Source of the DNA: Hypanus sabinus
Taxonomy: Eukaryota
Length of the DNA: 64,000 nucleotides
Reading direction: 5' to 3'
NCBI RefSeq assembly: GCF_030144855.1
Contig: NC_082721.1
Span: 30,814,001-30,878,000, forward strand
The notes beneath the pieces were generated by a model. That model had not been told where the DNA came from and did no database searches. It saw nothing but the letters and a program-made list of their open reading frames with translations. Below, one piece after another: positions 22,781-34,814 of this stretch. The number at the start of each line of letters is the position of its first letter. Within the stretch, counting starts at the first letter, position 1. Position numbers and translations under genes: made by a program.

Positions 22781-24965
22781 TACAACTCATACATATTCCC
22801 ACATTGGCACAACATTGTGGGCCGAACTGTGCTGTACTGTTCTATGTTCTATACCTATTTAGAAGTTCAGTTAAATTCCTTTTAATCTTTGGTCCTTCGT
22901 ATCCTGGTTGAAACTCACCCAGGATTATTTGTGCCATGGCGTGTAGTAGCTACCACTGCCATCTCAGATACAGGGATCTCAGGTGCTCTCTGTGATTTCT
23001 GTTGGGCACTTTGGCATTGTCCTACATCCAAAGTCTGGGTTGTAGGGGTTGAGGTAGAAGGGAGATTGGATAGGGTGCATCTGTTTTCTTTGGAGTATAT
23101 ACAACCATAAGATATAGGAGCAGAATGAGGCCCATCGAGCCTACTCCACCATTTTATCATGGTTGACTTATTTTCCTCTTCAACCTTATTCTCCTGCTTT
23201 CTCCCCCATATCCACCACTCTCTAACTAAAGGAATTTCTCATCTGTTCTAAAAGGATGTCCTTCTGGTCTGTAGATTTCAATGAGATCCTCACCTCATTC
23301 TTCTAAACTCCAGTAAGTACAAGCCCAGAGCCACCAAATGCTCCTCATATGTTAACCATTTCATTCTTGGGTTCATTCTTTTAATCCTCCTCTGGACCCT
23401 CTCCAATGCCAGTACATTCTTCCTGCCCAAAACTGCTTATAATACTCCAAATGTAATCTGAGCAATGTCTTATATAGCTTCAGTATTACATCCTTGCTTC
23501 TATATTCTAGGCCTCTCAAAGCAAATGCTAACATCACATTTGCCTTCTGTACTACCGACTCAACCTCTGAGTTAACCTTTAAGGAAGCCTGCACTGGGAC
23601 TCAAGTCTCCTTGCACGTCATTTAGAAAATAGTCTATGCATTTATTCCTTCTACTAAGTGCACGGCCATACACTTCCCAATATGCCTGTAGCCGAGATGT
23701 GATATGATCACCTGCAAAATGGGGTCTCATTTGCCAAACTGCTGTTTATAGACTTCAGTTTGGCTTCCAACTGGTATGGAAGCAGTCAAGCTTCAGACCA
23801 GAAGTCCCTATAAAGGATCTCACTACCATCCATCGGGGACATTTATCAGGAGTGCTGTATATGCAAGGCCCTTCATATCATTAAGGATCCTATTCATCCA
23901 TTCAGCATCATCTGACTTTCTACCATCAGGCAAGAAACGATAATACAGAAAAACAGGAATGGTCAGGATGAGAAACAGTTTCTTCCCCAGGCCATTAGGC
24001 TTCTGAACTCCCTGCTGCATTGTATTCTAAGTGGCACTGGTTAAACTATTCTGTAGCTTAGAATATTTAATAATTAATGCACATTGTTATTTATGTGTGA
24101 TTTATTTGTAGACTGTATCCTTACCTTCATAAGTTAGTGTGTTATGCGTACTATTGTGCTTTACACCCTGATATGGAGAAAAATTGTCTCCTTTCTATAT
24201 ACATTAGATAGTTATTTACATCTATGCATGCATATAGTTAAATGACAATAAACTTGATTAGACTTGCTATGATAGAAGTTCTATCATATCATAGAAGTTG
24301 CTATGAGAGGCATAGATATAGTAGATAGCCAAGTCCGATCCCTATGATAGGAGTGTCCAAAACTAGAGTACCTTGATTTTACGTGAGAGCTGCCAGTGGA
24401 CAACAGAACACTTATCTGGATGGGTTTCTGACTGGCATAGGAGGATATGGAATTAATGCCGAAAATGGGATTATTATAGAGAGGCACAATATTTGACACA
24501 GTGATTCACAGGGCCTATTTCTAAGCGGTACAAATCCATGACAAGCTAGTAAATTACACCAGTTAACCTCAAAGGCAAGTCAACCAAAGGTAAAGCTGAT
24601 GGGCATTTCTACCCATCTTACACAACAAGTGAAATTCTTGGATTCTGTGTGCCAAAGGGACTGTTTCTTTGCTATGGTAAAATTCTACTGAGTAGAATTG
24701 TAAATCAATTAAGTGATCCTCTTGTAATCAGCAATAACAAATACTTAAAAACAAAACAAAAATTACTTCAGCTGTTGCTGCCTTCCTTTACAAGAAATTT
24801 CCAATCTTTGATGACAGAAGACTGGCACACATGTTAAAAAGATCACTATGACTGATCTCTTATGGCCTGTGAGATGTTGGCTTGCTCATTCTCACACCAT
24901 TGCAAAGCAGACAAAAATAGTTGAAAAAATCTAGTAACCTTTCAAAATAGCTGAGAGAAACTTAC

Positions 24966-25070
24966 AGAGTTAATTTGATTCCCTAATGTATCTCCAGTCC
25001 CCATGTGTGATGTATGAACAAAATTTGTTGGCTCTCCAATCATGCTTCTATCTATTCGCCGCCGCCTTTT
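24966..25070 (-). CDS. CDC42SE-family coding exon 2 (CRIB domain)
   Basis: 105 nt, tttttacag| ... |gtaagt. Encodes [35 protein letters not shown], with CRIB motif [14 protein letters not shown]. Confidence 0.95.
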
Positions 25071-25495
25071 CTGTAAAAAGAATAAGGTACAAATATTAGG
25101 GATGTGGTCCTACTTTAATACACAGGCATGTCAGCAGTAAAGTGACATAACAGAAATAATGAATAATGTCTACTGCTAGGTTCTTTAGAAATGCCTTGCC
25201 CCATAAAATTACAATTATCAACCAGTTTAGTCTGAGAAGAAATAAAATGGAAGACAATAAATAAGCATCAGAACCATCATATGTTCCATATGGTTTCCCT
25301 CAACCTGGGCAATATAAATGCACTCTTAAGTACATCCTTGAATACAAAAGGTGGATGAGCTCCCTGTTCTAATCTCCTGTGGCTTCTCTATAGAAGGCAT
25401 ATAAAAATAAACTGAACAATCCAGTACTATACTTCTGAACATTATAAAATCAATAAACTAAACTCTGGGATTAATTCATTTAAAAGCATACTTAC

Positions 25496-25549
25496 TGGCC
25501 TTGGTTGTTCTGCAATGCAGCAGTTGAAACATAACCAGAATTCACTCAT
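25496..25549 (-). CDS. CDC42SE-family coding exon 1; protein 86 aa total, CDC42SE2-like
   Basis: Encodes MSEFWLCFNCCIAEQPRP, then |gtaagt. The di-cysteine palmitoylation motif is present. Exon acceptor tttctttag| at 25610. Confidence 0.95.
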
Positions 25550-26015
25550 CCTTACACGATAACTTGCAATATTTGGCAAATTCAGAATCACTTGGCTATA
25601 ATTGCAGTCGCTAAAGAAACCAAGTGATGTGAATGTTATACAACACTCAGATTGTGCACATGCAGCCAGAATCCAACAGTCACAGGTAAACTTGTTATTG
25701 GTCTTTCATCTGAAGGTTTCTTCTTCCAATCATGGAGCAAGTTTGTGTTTCACCACTCTTACTATAACCAAATTGTAGAAACAATATAATTATTTGCATT
25801 AGTGAAACATGACGCTTAATTTCTACGATTACATATTTTGGCCCTGCATGATTAGACATCAATAGAATTCCAAATTTATGAGATGACCAATACTGCATTG
25901 CTTAAATAGAAAATACAGTTTCCACAGTTATAGGAACTCACCTGGCCAGGATTCACTGCAGGTAACATCACATCCACAACTACAATTCCAAGCTTCAAGA
26001 GCCACACTAGAATTA

Positions 26016-26087
26016 CAAATAGCAAGTCCACTAGTACGACACTCACTTTGTGAAAAGTGAGTGTCGTATAAGTGGACTTGCTATTTG
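26016..26087. repeat. Near-perfect 34-bp inverted repeat (hairpin with 4-nt loop)
   Basis: 26016-26049 versus 26054-26087 gives 32/34 Watson-Crick pairs; loop gtga. Confidence 0.9.
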
Positions 26088-28899
26088 CACTTTGTGAAAA
26101 GTGGCTCGTAATCTTACTCTAAATGACTAACCTATGATAATGGCTGGTTCTAAAGAACACCAGCACAATCCAATCCCCAAAGTCTGTATCAAGAATCCTA
26201 TTTTTGAAAGTGTCAGCATCTACAGGAAACCAAATGCCCTCAAGAGACAGGCTGGAAGCAAACAATGGACCCTGCCATGCATAATGAACCCATATCCCAG
26301 AAGCAATGACCACATCCTGGTCAGTAAATAGAAAAATCAGCAAAAAGGAATACAGAAAGCTTTGGAAATCCAAAACTTAGGTCAGGAAGATAAAATTTTG
26401 ATCAGAGAAGTTTCAAACAATTCAAAAGAGTAAACAAAGTATTATTTTTAAATTCCTTCAAACCTCTCTGATGGACATAACTGCAGGAAAATTAGATGAT
26501 ATGTAAGCACTATAATATGTTGCTCTCAGTCACTTAACAAACAAAGCAAAAACCCACCTGAAATACTGCAGAGCCAACTCTTTCAAATGGTGTATCTTTT
26601 GGACAAGACACAAAGTACTGCTAGGCACTGAGATTTATCTCTGCCTGCAGTGTTCATGGGAAACTGGATTTTCCATTGCCCAGTATTTTGGTAGCTTGCC
26701 CTATGACTCAGATGTCTGCAGCATTTTTTTTAAAATGGCTTTACACTGTAGTCACTACCCAGTTAGTCAGACATTGCAGAACACTAAAGTAAATATCTTC
26801 CAGAAAACTCTATTTGTTGGACCAAATATTATAGAAAAGTATCAACCCAGTACACAAGAGTGGAATGTTCACAATCCTTTCATAACTATTTGGTGACTAC
26901 ACAGAAGAGTCCCAGTCCAGCTAATTCAGTAGCTGAATCAGATCAGTTGTTTTGTGAAATTAGAGCAAGTTTCCCCTCCCCATAATTTGAGAAGCCACTG
27001 TTCTGAGCCATTTTAAATCAGATGAATTCTACGTACAGCAATATCAGCTGAATTCACAAGTACAAACGTTTGTAGGAATTTTTAGTTTTCAAAAGTTGTG
27101 TGAGTTCCATCTTAAAATTTTATCAAATCAAACACATTTGTGAGGATACCGCCTCAAATTTCTTAACTCAGATTTCCAGGGAATAAACTTCTTTAAAACA
27201 ATATCCTACAGTAGCATCACCCACCTTTACTAAAATAATGCTGTAGATTCCAAATCAACCCATTTTATTGGGACAAAACCTCATTAGGTTAGTTATATTT
27301 CATTATTTGGACATTGACTCATAAACACAGAAATCCACTACAATAAGAACCCTACTACAGGCTCGATTAGCCCTCCCTCCTTAATGCAGCAGAATCACTA
27401 GTTAGTAATGGGTCATTTGAACCACAACACATCCACCTTCCCTGATGAACACTAAATCCATTCATGTTGCAACCAAACAAAGGGTTAGCTAATCCAGTTG
27501 ACATGGTTCTGCTATGCGATTGATAAACCCACTGAGTCATAGTGCTAGCTTTGGTAAATTTAAGGAGTTGAGTAAATTGGGAAAGTCTGGTACATTAAAA
27601 AGGACTAAAAGGCATTGGATGTCTGAGCCAAGCAGCCATTTGAACGTCTGTATCTTATGACATCTACCACATCAACATGTTTAATTCCATATTTGGATCC
27701 TAACTTCAGTTCATCAGGATTTCCACCTGTGCTGTACTCTACTACTGTGAAAATAGAGAATGTGCACTAAAGGAGATTTAATGCTTAGATTAAGGTAACA
27801 AATTGCAGTAAATCTAAGTATTTTTTTCAAATACAAGGTAGCTTTATCAGTTTCTGAAAGTAATGACAAACTAACATCTACGTAGTCCCTAATCACAATA
27901 CCAAAACTTCTAAAGGCTCCGTAACTTTCCATCTCTGCCTACATTCATCAAAAACTATTTGCACTTGTATAGCACTTTGAAAATAGCAAAATACATTAAG
28001 ACAAGAATGGTCTGTAATTAATGAACCAACTTATTTTTAAGTTACATGTGCATAAAGCTGCTTCAGTTATTTATTTGGCTGAGTAAACTACAAAAGCAGG
28101 AGAGCGGTGAATTGCGCACCTCAATGAACACGTGGAAGCAGTAAAACTTATCTTTAAGTAGCAACGGGAAATTTAAAATTAGTATTATATCAGGGCGAGA
28201 AACTTTAGGCAAAGTTCAGCTATAATTAAACTTAGTTGTCTCTTACCTTCTCAAAAGTTTTCAACTAAATTCACAAATATGTAAACAATTATCACAATAA
28301 TAATTATCCGTGAATCGTATTATATACATCCTGTATGGACATCGTCGTTTATGTGTATTGGGTGTCCAGGGAGGAGTAGCACTTCGGGTGAGAGGGCTTA
28401 TCGTGTCCATTTTGGAGCAGCTCACTCACCTTTCATCCCCACCGGACACTCAGCTCTCACCTGTTGCTTCAAGTAGTTGTTTGCATGCCACACCCCGGTA
28501 TACCGCTTCAACATGCGGGCTAAACCAGATGAGCTAGGGACATGTCTATCCTAGCATATGAAGTCAGCTTCCGGGGACTAGGCAGATAGTATAGAGATCC
28601 AACGGCCAAAAAGGCGATTCTGCAACATTCGTGAAGAGCGAAGTGGCAAGGCACACAATTCGTGGTCATCTGCCGCAACTACGGAAGACCCTAGTTTGTA
28701 ACGACTATCCATACCACTGCACCCGGTCTTCCGAGGTGGAGCGTGGGGTTTCCACAGTGCAACGGCTTTTCCACTTTAAAAAAACTCCCCACTCAGGTTA
28801 CCTGTCATCGTTGGAATCGAAGGGCAACCAAGCCATTGGAATAGTGTTTTAAGGAAAGGATTACACTGAATTCTTGCCAATTATCTATTGTATCATTTC

Positions 28900-29600
28900 T
28901 GAATACATACCGAAAAGACAAACGAATACAAGTTTGTCACAGTGCAAACATCAATTTTCAACCGGCCGCTGCTAGTTTATATCAAGGACTTATTTAAACA
29001 ATGGACTCTACTCTATTTTCTAAGAACTGCAGTCAATCTCCAGCAACTCAAACCACTGCGGAGAAGGAAACGCACCGCAGCCTGCCGCGCACTCTGAGCC
29101 TGTTGGATAATGGATCGCCGCTATATTTGCATTGACGTCAGCAAAGACTGACTGCTGTGGAAGGAGTGGGTGGAACTCCAATCCATCGGATTTATTAACT
29201 TTAAAGCGCAGCAAAATAAAACACAATAGCAGACGATTGTCGTTTCTTTCAAGGATATCAAACACAAATTAGCACCTTCGCCAGCCCCAATCATTGGCCG
29301 CTCGATTTACCCTATTGCCCCTAGTACCCGCCTAGCTATGAACATTGACCAATTGTGACGCAACTATCGCCGTTCCCTTTGTTCTGAATGGTCCATTCCT
29401 TGTCAATCAACATCAACGGTTTTCCAGCCGGTCATCGCAGTATGCTGAACCAGCGGGATTTCAGGGAGCCTCACGCTATCTGAGGCTCTCCATCGGCGTC
29501 TCATGAGGGTCCTAATGCCGTCTTGCCCTGAAGCATTCGATTCACAGTGAATCCTCAGATCGCCCCAGGGGATCCAGATGATGTCATAAGAGAACATGAA
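28900..29600 (-). promoter_or_regulatory. CpG-enriched promoter and first non-coding exon region of the CDC42SE gene
   Basis: Full CRE TGACGTCA at 29133-29140 abuts octamer ATTTGCAT at 29125-29132. CCAAT/ATTGG pair at 29287-29297. Candidate donor tcg|gtatgt at 28911. Confidence 0.6.
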
Positions 29601-30025
29601 GCATTATCTTAAACTTGACTTCAGATACCCCCACCAACAAACCAATACAGAATCACTGCAGAAATGTACTATGCTGAAATCATCCAGAAAGCCCTCCACT
29701 CAAAATGCATTTTTACCAATGAAATAAAATTAACTTACTTTACATACCCTTTAAAATAAAGCACTGTAAGGTGACCAAGCCTTGACATATAAGAAATAAA
29801 GCAGTAACAGGCCATAACGTAGTGTACTAATTTGATTCCAACATTTATCTACCTCATCTTCCCTCTCATTCAGATGCAGGGTCTCAACCTGAATATGGAC
29901 ACACACCTTTGCCTTCACAAATTCTGCTTGACCCATTGAGTTCTTCCAACATTCTATTCTTGTTTAAAATTTCAGCACCTACAGTTCCTTTATTCATTGT
30001 CCCCTTTTATCACCATAAACGAGTC

Positions 30026-30669
30026 TTCTTCTTCTGTTGTTTTATGGCAGTTGGCAAACCAGCTTTAAGGTGCATTACCGCCACCTACTAGACCAGAGTG
30101 TGGATCATTTGATAAACAGGAGGAATGAAAACATTGCATTCCCCAAATTCCATATAATAAACCAGAGTCTTTCAGATACTTCATGATATAGGTTAGTATT
30201 TCTCTTGAACTCCCACATAAAATGTCTTCTATATCCACAGCAGTATTTTTGTTTATCTGAAGCGCTCCTATCATCTTCACTCTTTCTCTTTCATACATGT
30301 TCAATACATGTTCAACTGTTTCTGGTTGATTACAGTCTTCACTCAACCCAATTGGATGTTTCCCTATTTTGTATAATGTGTAATTAAGACTTGTATGACC
30401 AATTCTTAAATGACTGATGATCACTTCTGTCTATGCCCACCTGATAATCTTTGGTATCTGACTTGCCTTTGTATTTTGTACAGTTGTCTCCCTGTTTCAC
30501 TCTCATCCCAATGCTTCTGCCATGTCTCAATACATGTTTTTATAATGCTTTTCACTACCGCTGTGCTTAGAAGGATCTGGACCTCTATTATGGATGATTT
30601 ATGTGATTGTTTAGCTATAATGTCCACTTTTTCATTACCCTCCACACCACAATGAGCAGGAACCCAAAC
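30026..30669 (-). mobile_element. 5'-truncated Nimb/I-clade LINE with RNase H remnant
   Basis: WVPAHCGVEGNEKVDIIAK (RNase H) and LRIGHTSLNYTLYKIG. 3' end gtaggtggcggtaatgcacc...(gaa)n. Near-TSD aacgagtc (30018) / aatgagtc (30670). Confidence 0.75.
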
Positions 30670-30944
30670 AATGAGTCACAAAAATTCAAGAAGTGCAGAA
30701 GTAGGCCACCATTCAACATGACCATAGGTGATCTATTTTGGCCTTAATCTCTCCTCTGGGTCAGATCCCTATATCCTTCAATTCTCTCATCTTTCAGAAA
30801 TATATCTTGAATCCTTTAATATCCATAAAATCTATTAATCTGAGCCTTAAATATTCTGTGGTAAATTACAGGAACCATTGCACACTGCTTAAAATGTGAA
30901 GTTGTTTATTTAAGTGCAAAAATATAAAAGAATATTATGTAGTA

Positions 30945-33480
30945 CAGCACAGAAAAAGGTCTTTTGGCCCACAGTATTGCGTTAAACTAATTTAACTAGT
31001 AATTAAATGCCTAACTAAACTAATCCCTCTAAGAGCCTTTTAAATGCCTTTATTGTATTTACCTTCACCACCATCCTTGGCCACAACTTTCTATGTTTAA
31101 AAAAAACTTGTCCCATACGTCCCATTTGAACTCCCCTCCCCCCACATACACACACATATTAAATGCATGCTCTCAAGTATTGGACATTTCAATCCCGGGA
31201 AAAATACATTAACTATCCACTCCGATTTCTATCATGTCTCCCTTCTGTTCTGGCGCTCCAGAGAAAACAACCCAAGTTTGTAAAAACTTTCCTTTTCACA
31301 CCTGTCTTCCAATCCAGGCAGCATTGTGATAAAGCTCTTCTGCACTCTCTTCAATGCCTCCTTATCCCACTTCTAATGGCATAACCAAAGCAGAATGTGC
31401 TTCAGATTTGGCCTAACTAGAGCTTTATAACTTCCCATCTTTGACAAATGATACCCCATGCTATATGCCTTCTTTTTTCACCCCATCAAACTGTATAGCC
31501 ATTTTGAGGGAGCTATGGACTTGGACTCCATGATCCTTCTGTACATCAACACTATTAAAGCTCTTGTCATTAACAGTGTACTGTCCCTTTACATCTGATC
31601 TCTGAAAGTGTAACACCTCAGGTTTGGCTAGATTAAACTCCATCTACCATTTCTTTGCCTATATGTGTAACAGATCTATGTCCTGTTGAATCTGTTAACA
31701 ATCTTCTACACAATTCAGAAAACCAACAATCTTTGTATCATTTGCAAATTTACTATCCCACACATCTACATTTTCATTCAGGCTATATATGTTTCATCAC
31801 AAACAGCAGAGGTCAACATTTACTACTTGAATAAGAGCTCTGAAGCAAAGAGACCCGAGTATCCTAATGGATGATCTAGAAAAGGCTAACATGTAGATAC
31901 AGCAAGTAATTCGGAAAATTAACAGAAATGTTAAATGTATTGCTGGGAAATTGAATACAAAGGCTGGGAGGATGTGCTTTCGTCACACGGGGCATTTGCA
32001 AGACCATAAGACACAAGAGCAGCATGAGGCCATTTGGCCCATCAAGACTGCTCAGAATTCAATCATGGCTGAATTATTTTCCTCCTCAACACCCATTCTC
32101 TTGCCTTTTCCCCATAACCTTTGACACCCTTACTAATCAACCACCCTCTGGCTAAAGAAATTACCCCTCATCTCTATTCTACAGAGATGTTCTCCTCTTC
32201 TGAGACTCTGCCCCCTGATCTTAGATTCTCCCGCCATAAGAAACATCCTCTCCATGTCCACTTTACCCAGGCCTTTCAGTATTTAGTAGGTTTCAATAAG
32301 ATACCCCACCGTTCTTCAGAGTACTGTCTCCAGAAAGTACAGGCCCAGAACAATCAAACACTCCTCATACATTAACCCTCCTGATTCCTGGGATCATTCT
32401 CATAAACCTCCTCTGGACCCTCTCCATTGCCAACACATCCTTTCTTAGATATAAGACCCAAAACTGTTCACAACACTCCAAATGTGTTCTGAACAATGGA
32501 CCTTTGATTTCTTAATTTCCTCCCCATTTAGAAAATAGTCTATGCATTTATTCCTTCTACCAAAGTGCGTGACCATACACAGTATTTCATCTGTCACTTC
32601 TTTGCCCATTGTCCTAATCTGTCCACAGACTCCCTGCTTCCTCAACATTACCTGACCCACCACCTATCTTTGTATCATCCGCAAACTTGGCCACAAAGCC
32701 ACAAATTCTGTCATCCAGATCATTAAAATATAACATGAATAGTAGTAGACCCATCACAAACCCTTTTGGAACAGCACTAGTGAAAGGCAGCCAATCAGAA
32801 AAGGCCCCATTTATTCCCACTCTTCTGCCAGTCAGCCAATCTTTGTCCATGCTAGTATCTTTCCTGTAAAGCCATGGGCTCTTATTTTGTTTAGCAGCGT
32901 CATGTGTGGCACCTTGTCAAAGACCTTCTGAAAAATGAAACAAACTCTCCTTTGACTATTCTGCCTGTTATTTCATCAAAGAATTTCAACAGATTCAAGA
33001 CCACACCGAGGATACAATGTACAATTTCAGTCTCTTTATGTAAGAATTTTTTAATGTGTTGGGAGCAGTTCAGAGGATTTTTAAACTAAAATGCAATCTG
33101 TAGGTTGTCTAATGAGGAAATGTTAGGTGCAAGGCTGTCTTTGCATGAGATTAAGAAGTGACTTAATTGCAGCATTTAAGATCCTGGCAAGGTAGAGAGA
33201 ATTATTTCTCTTGTGTGGCAATCTAGAGCTGGGGATTAGTATTTTTTTTTAAGAAAAGGTATGGTGCATTTAAGACAGAAATTCGACAGTTTTCTTTCTA
33301 GGAGTCATGAATTTGGGACACTATTCCACAAAGGAAGTGGAAACAGAATCTTTGAATATTTCTAAGGCAGGGTGTATTAATGTTTATTTAGCAAAGGGGA
33401 GTAAACGGTTATAACAGATAGATGGAAATGCAGAGTTGAGGTTAGTCTTACTCAATGGCTGAGTAGACTTGAGGCTCCAA
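30945..33480. mobile_element. Cluster of nested CR1 LINE fragments on both strands
   Basis: Fragments MEFNLAKPEVLHF and FVAKFADDTKIGG, with CR1 tails. Confidence 0.75.
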
Positions 33481-33772
33481 TACCTCCTCCTGTTCCTATT
33501 TTGATTGTTGCAATGTACTGTATTGCAACAGCTGACAGCATGACTTGGCAGGTGATCTATGTTTTACCACCTAGCTGCATATTGACTGAAAAAATCTAAT
33601 ATTTTAAGGATACAGCTACTACATTGTCAGCCAAAAATACAGTTCACAATTTGAATGATGAGGCTAGAATATGTGTAGAGATTGTCCCCTGCCCAAATGT
33701 AGGGACCAAAGGCTTTACACTCAGTGGGTGGGTCCATCCAAATGGAGATGTGAGAAGATGTCAAAAAGCTAG

Positions 33773-34316
33773 TGTAGCACCCTGAGAAAGGTTTCACTGC
33801 AAATATAATGGTCTTTCTGTAGAAGCACTGCTAATGTAATAGTTTTCCTGTAGCAGCAGAGTTTGGGTTATGACTAGAGATAATGGCGGCTTTGGAATGT
33901 GCGCCATCGAATGAAGAGAGTGATTTTCTTGTTGTGTGCCTGAGACCAAGGTGATCTGGGTCTGTTGTTCGGTGTGAGATGGAGAGAGAAGATGCCGGAA
34001 GAGAGAGGTCGTAGACACCAGAAAGGAGAGGACTTGGAGTGGGGCTGGGAGTCAACGAAGCCTGCGAAATTAATGGTGGACCAGTGGAAGGGAAACTGTG
34101 AGCTCCAACTTGTGCACGTTAGACTGCTTCATTAAAATGGGCCCTTTTCTTTTTGTTTTACTTTACTAACCCTTTAGTCAAATTAAGAATTATAAAGCTA
34201 AACCATTTAATTGCCTACAGTGTACTGTCTGTTTTCTCGTGGTACTGCTTTGTAACAGGGGAACAAATCACCCAGCTTTTACACGAACATGGAGGTTTTG
34301 TGCCTCAAATGTCACA
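33773..34316 (+). mobile_element. Probable solo LTR (tgta...caca)
   Basis: TG...CA ends. Homologous to the rearranged copy at 47880-48438, which retains a primer-binding site. Confidence 0.6.
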
Positions 34317-34814
34317 CATTTGTCTTCCCTGAATACACTGGTATTCAGCTTCTGTGGGATAGAAGTGAGTCTGCAAAACAGGACCAGTGTTGATAATGTC
34401 AGCACATTTGTTGTTAATAACGGAGTTCATCTTAGTGGGTGAAAAGCTACATGTTCAGAGGGGGAAATGTTAGGATGAATTATTTCAAGGAACAACATCT
34501 TTTTCTGTCAGGCCACATGACCACCCTCAGAACTTAACATTGAATTCATTTCAGATATCTAGCTTTTCTAGTTAATATCTGACCACTCAGTGGGTCAGGT
34601 GACCTCCATGGGATGGGTATTACAGTTGGTATTTCAGATCACTGACCTTTCACAATGGGGCATATTGACGTGAGATATTTACAGGTGCTCTTCTTCTGCC
34701 ACTCTGCCTCAGTGCCATTTTCTATGGCCAGGAGGCTCTATCCAATACTACCGTGGACATTTTCTGATCCTTTCCTTCTAGCCTCTTTTCCACCTTGGAT
34801 CTACTCATCACTGT

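Noticed and set aside
26056-26070. Resemblance to a reverse T7 promoter, suggesting vector contamination
   Set aside because: Only a partial gapped match, fully explained by the local hairpin.
28350-28750. CpG-containing block with a strong minus-strand donor near 28430, as a possible RNA gene or exon
   Set aside because: It looks like the 5' UTR of an RTE-type LINE preserved near the promoter; there are no tRNA or snRNA hallmarks and no convincing acceptor.
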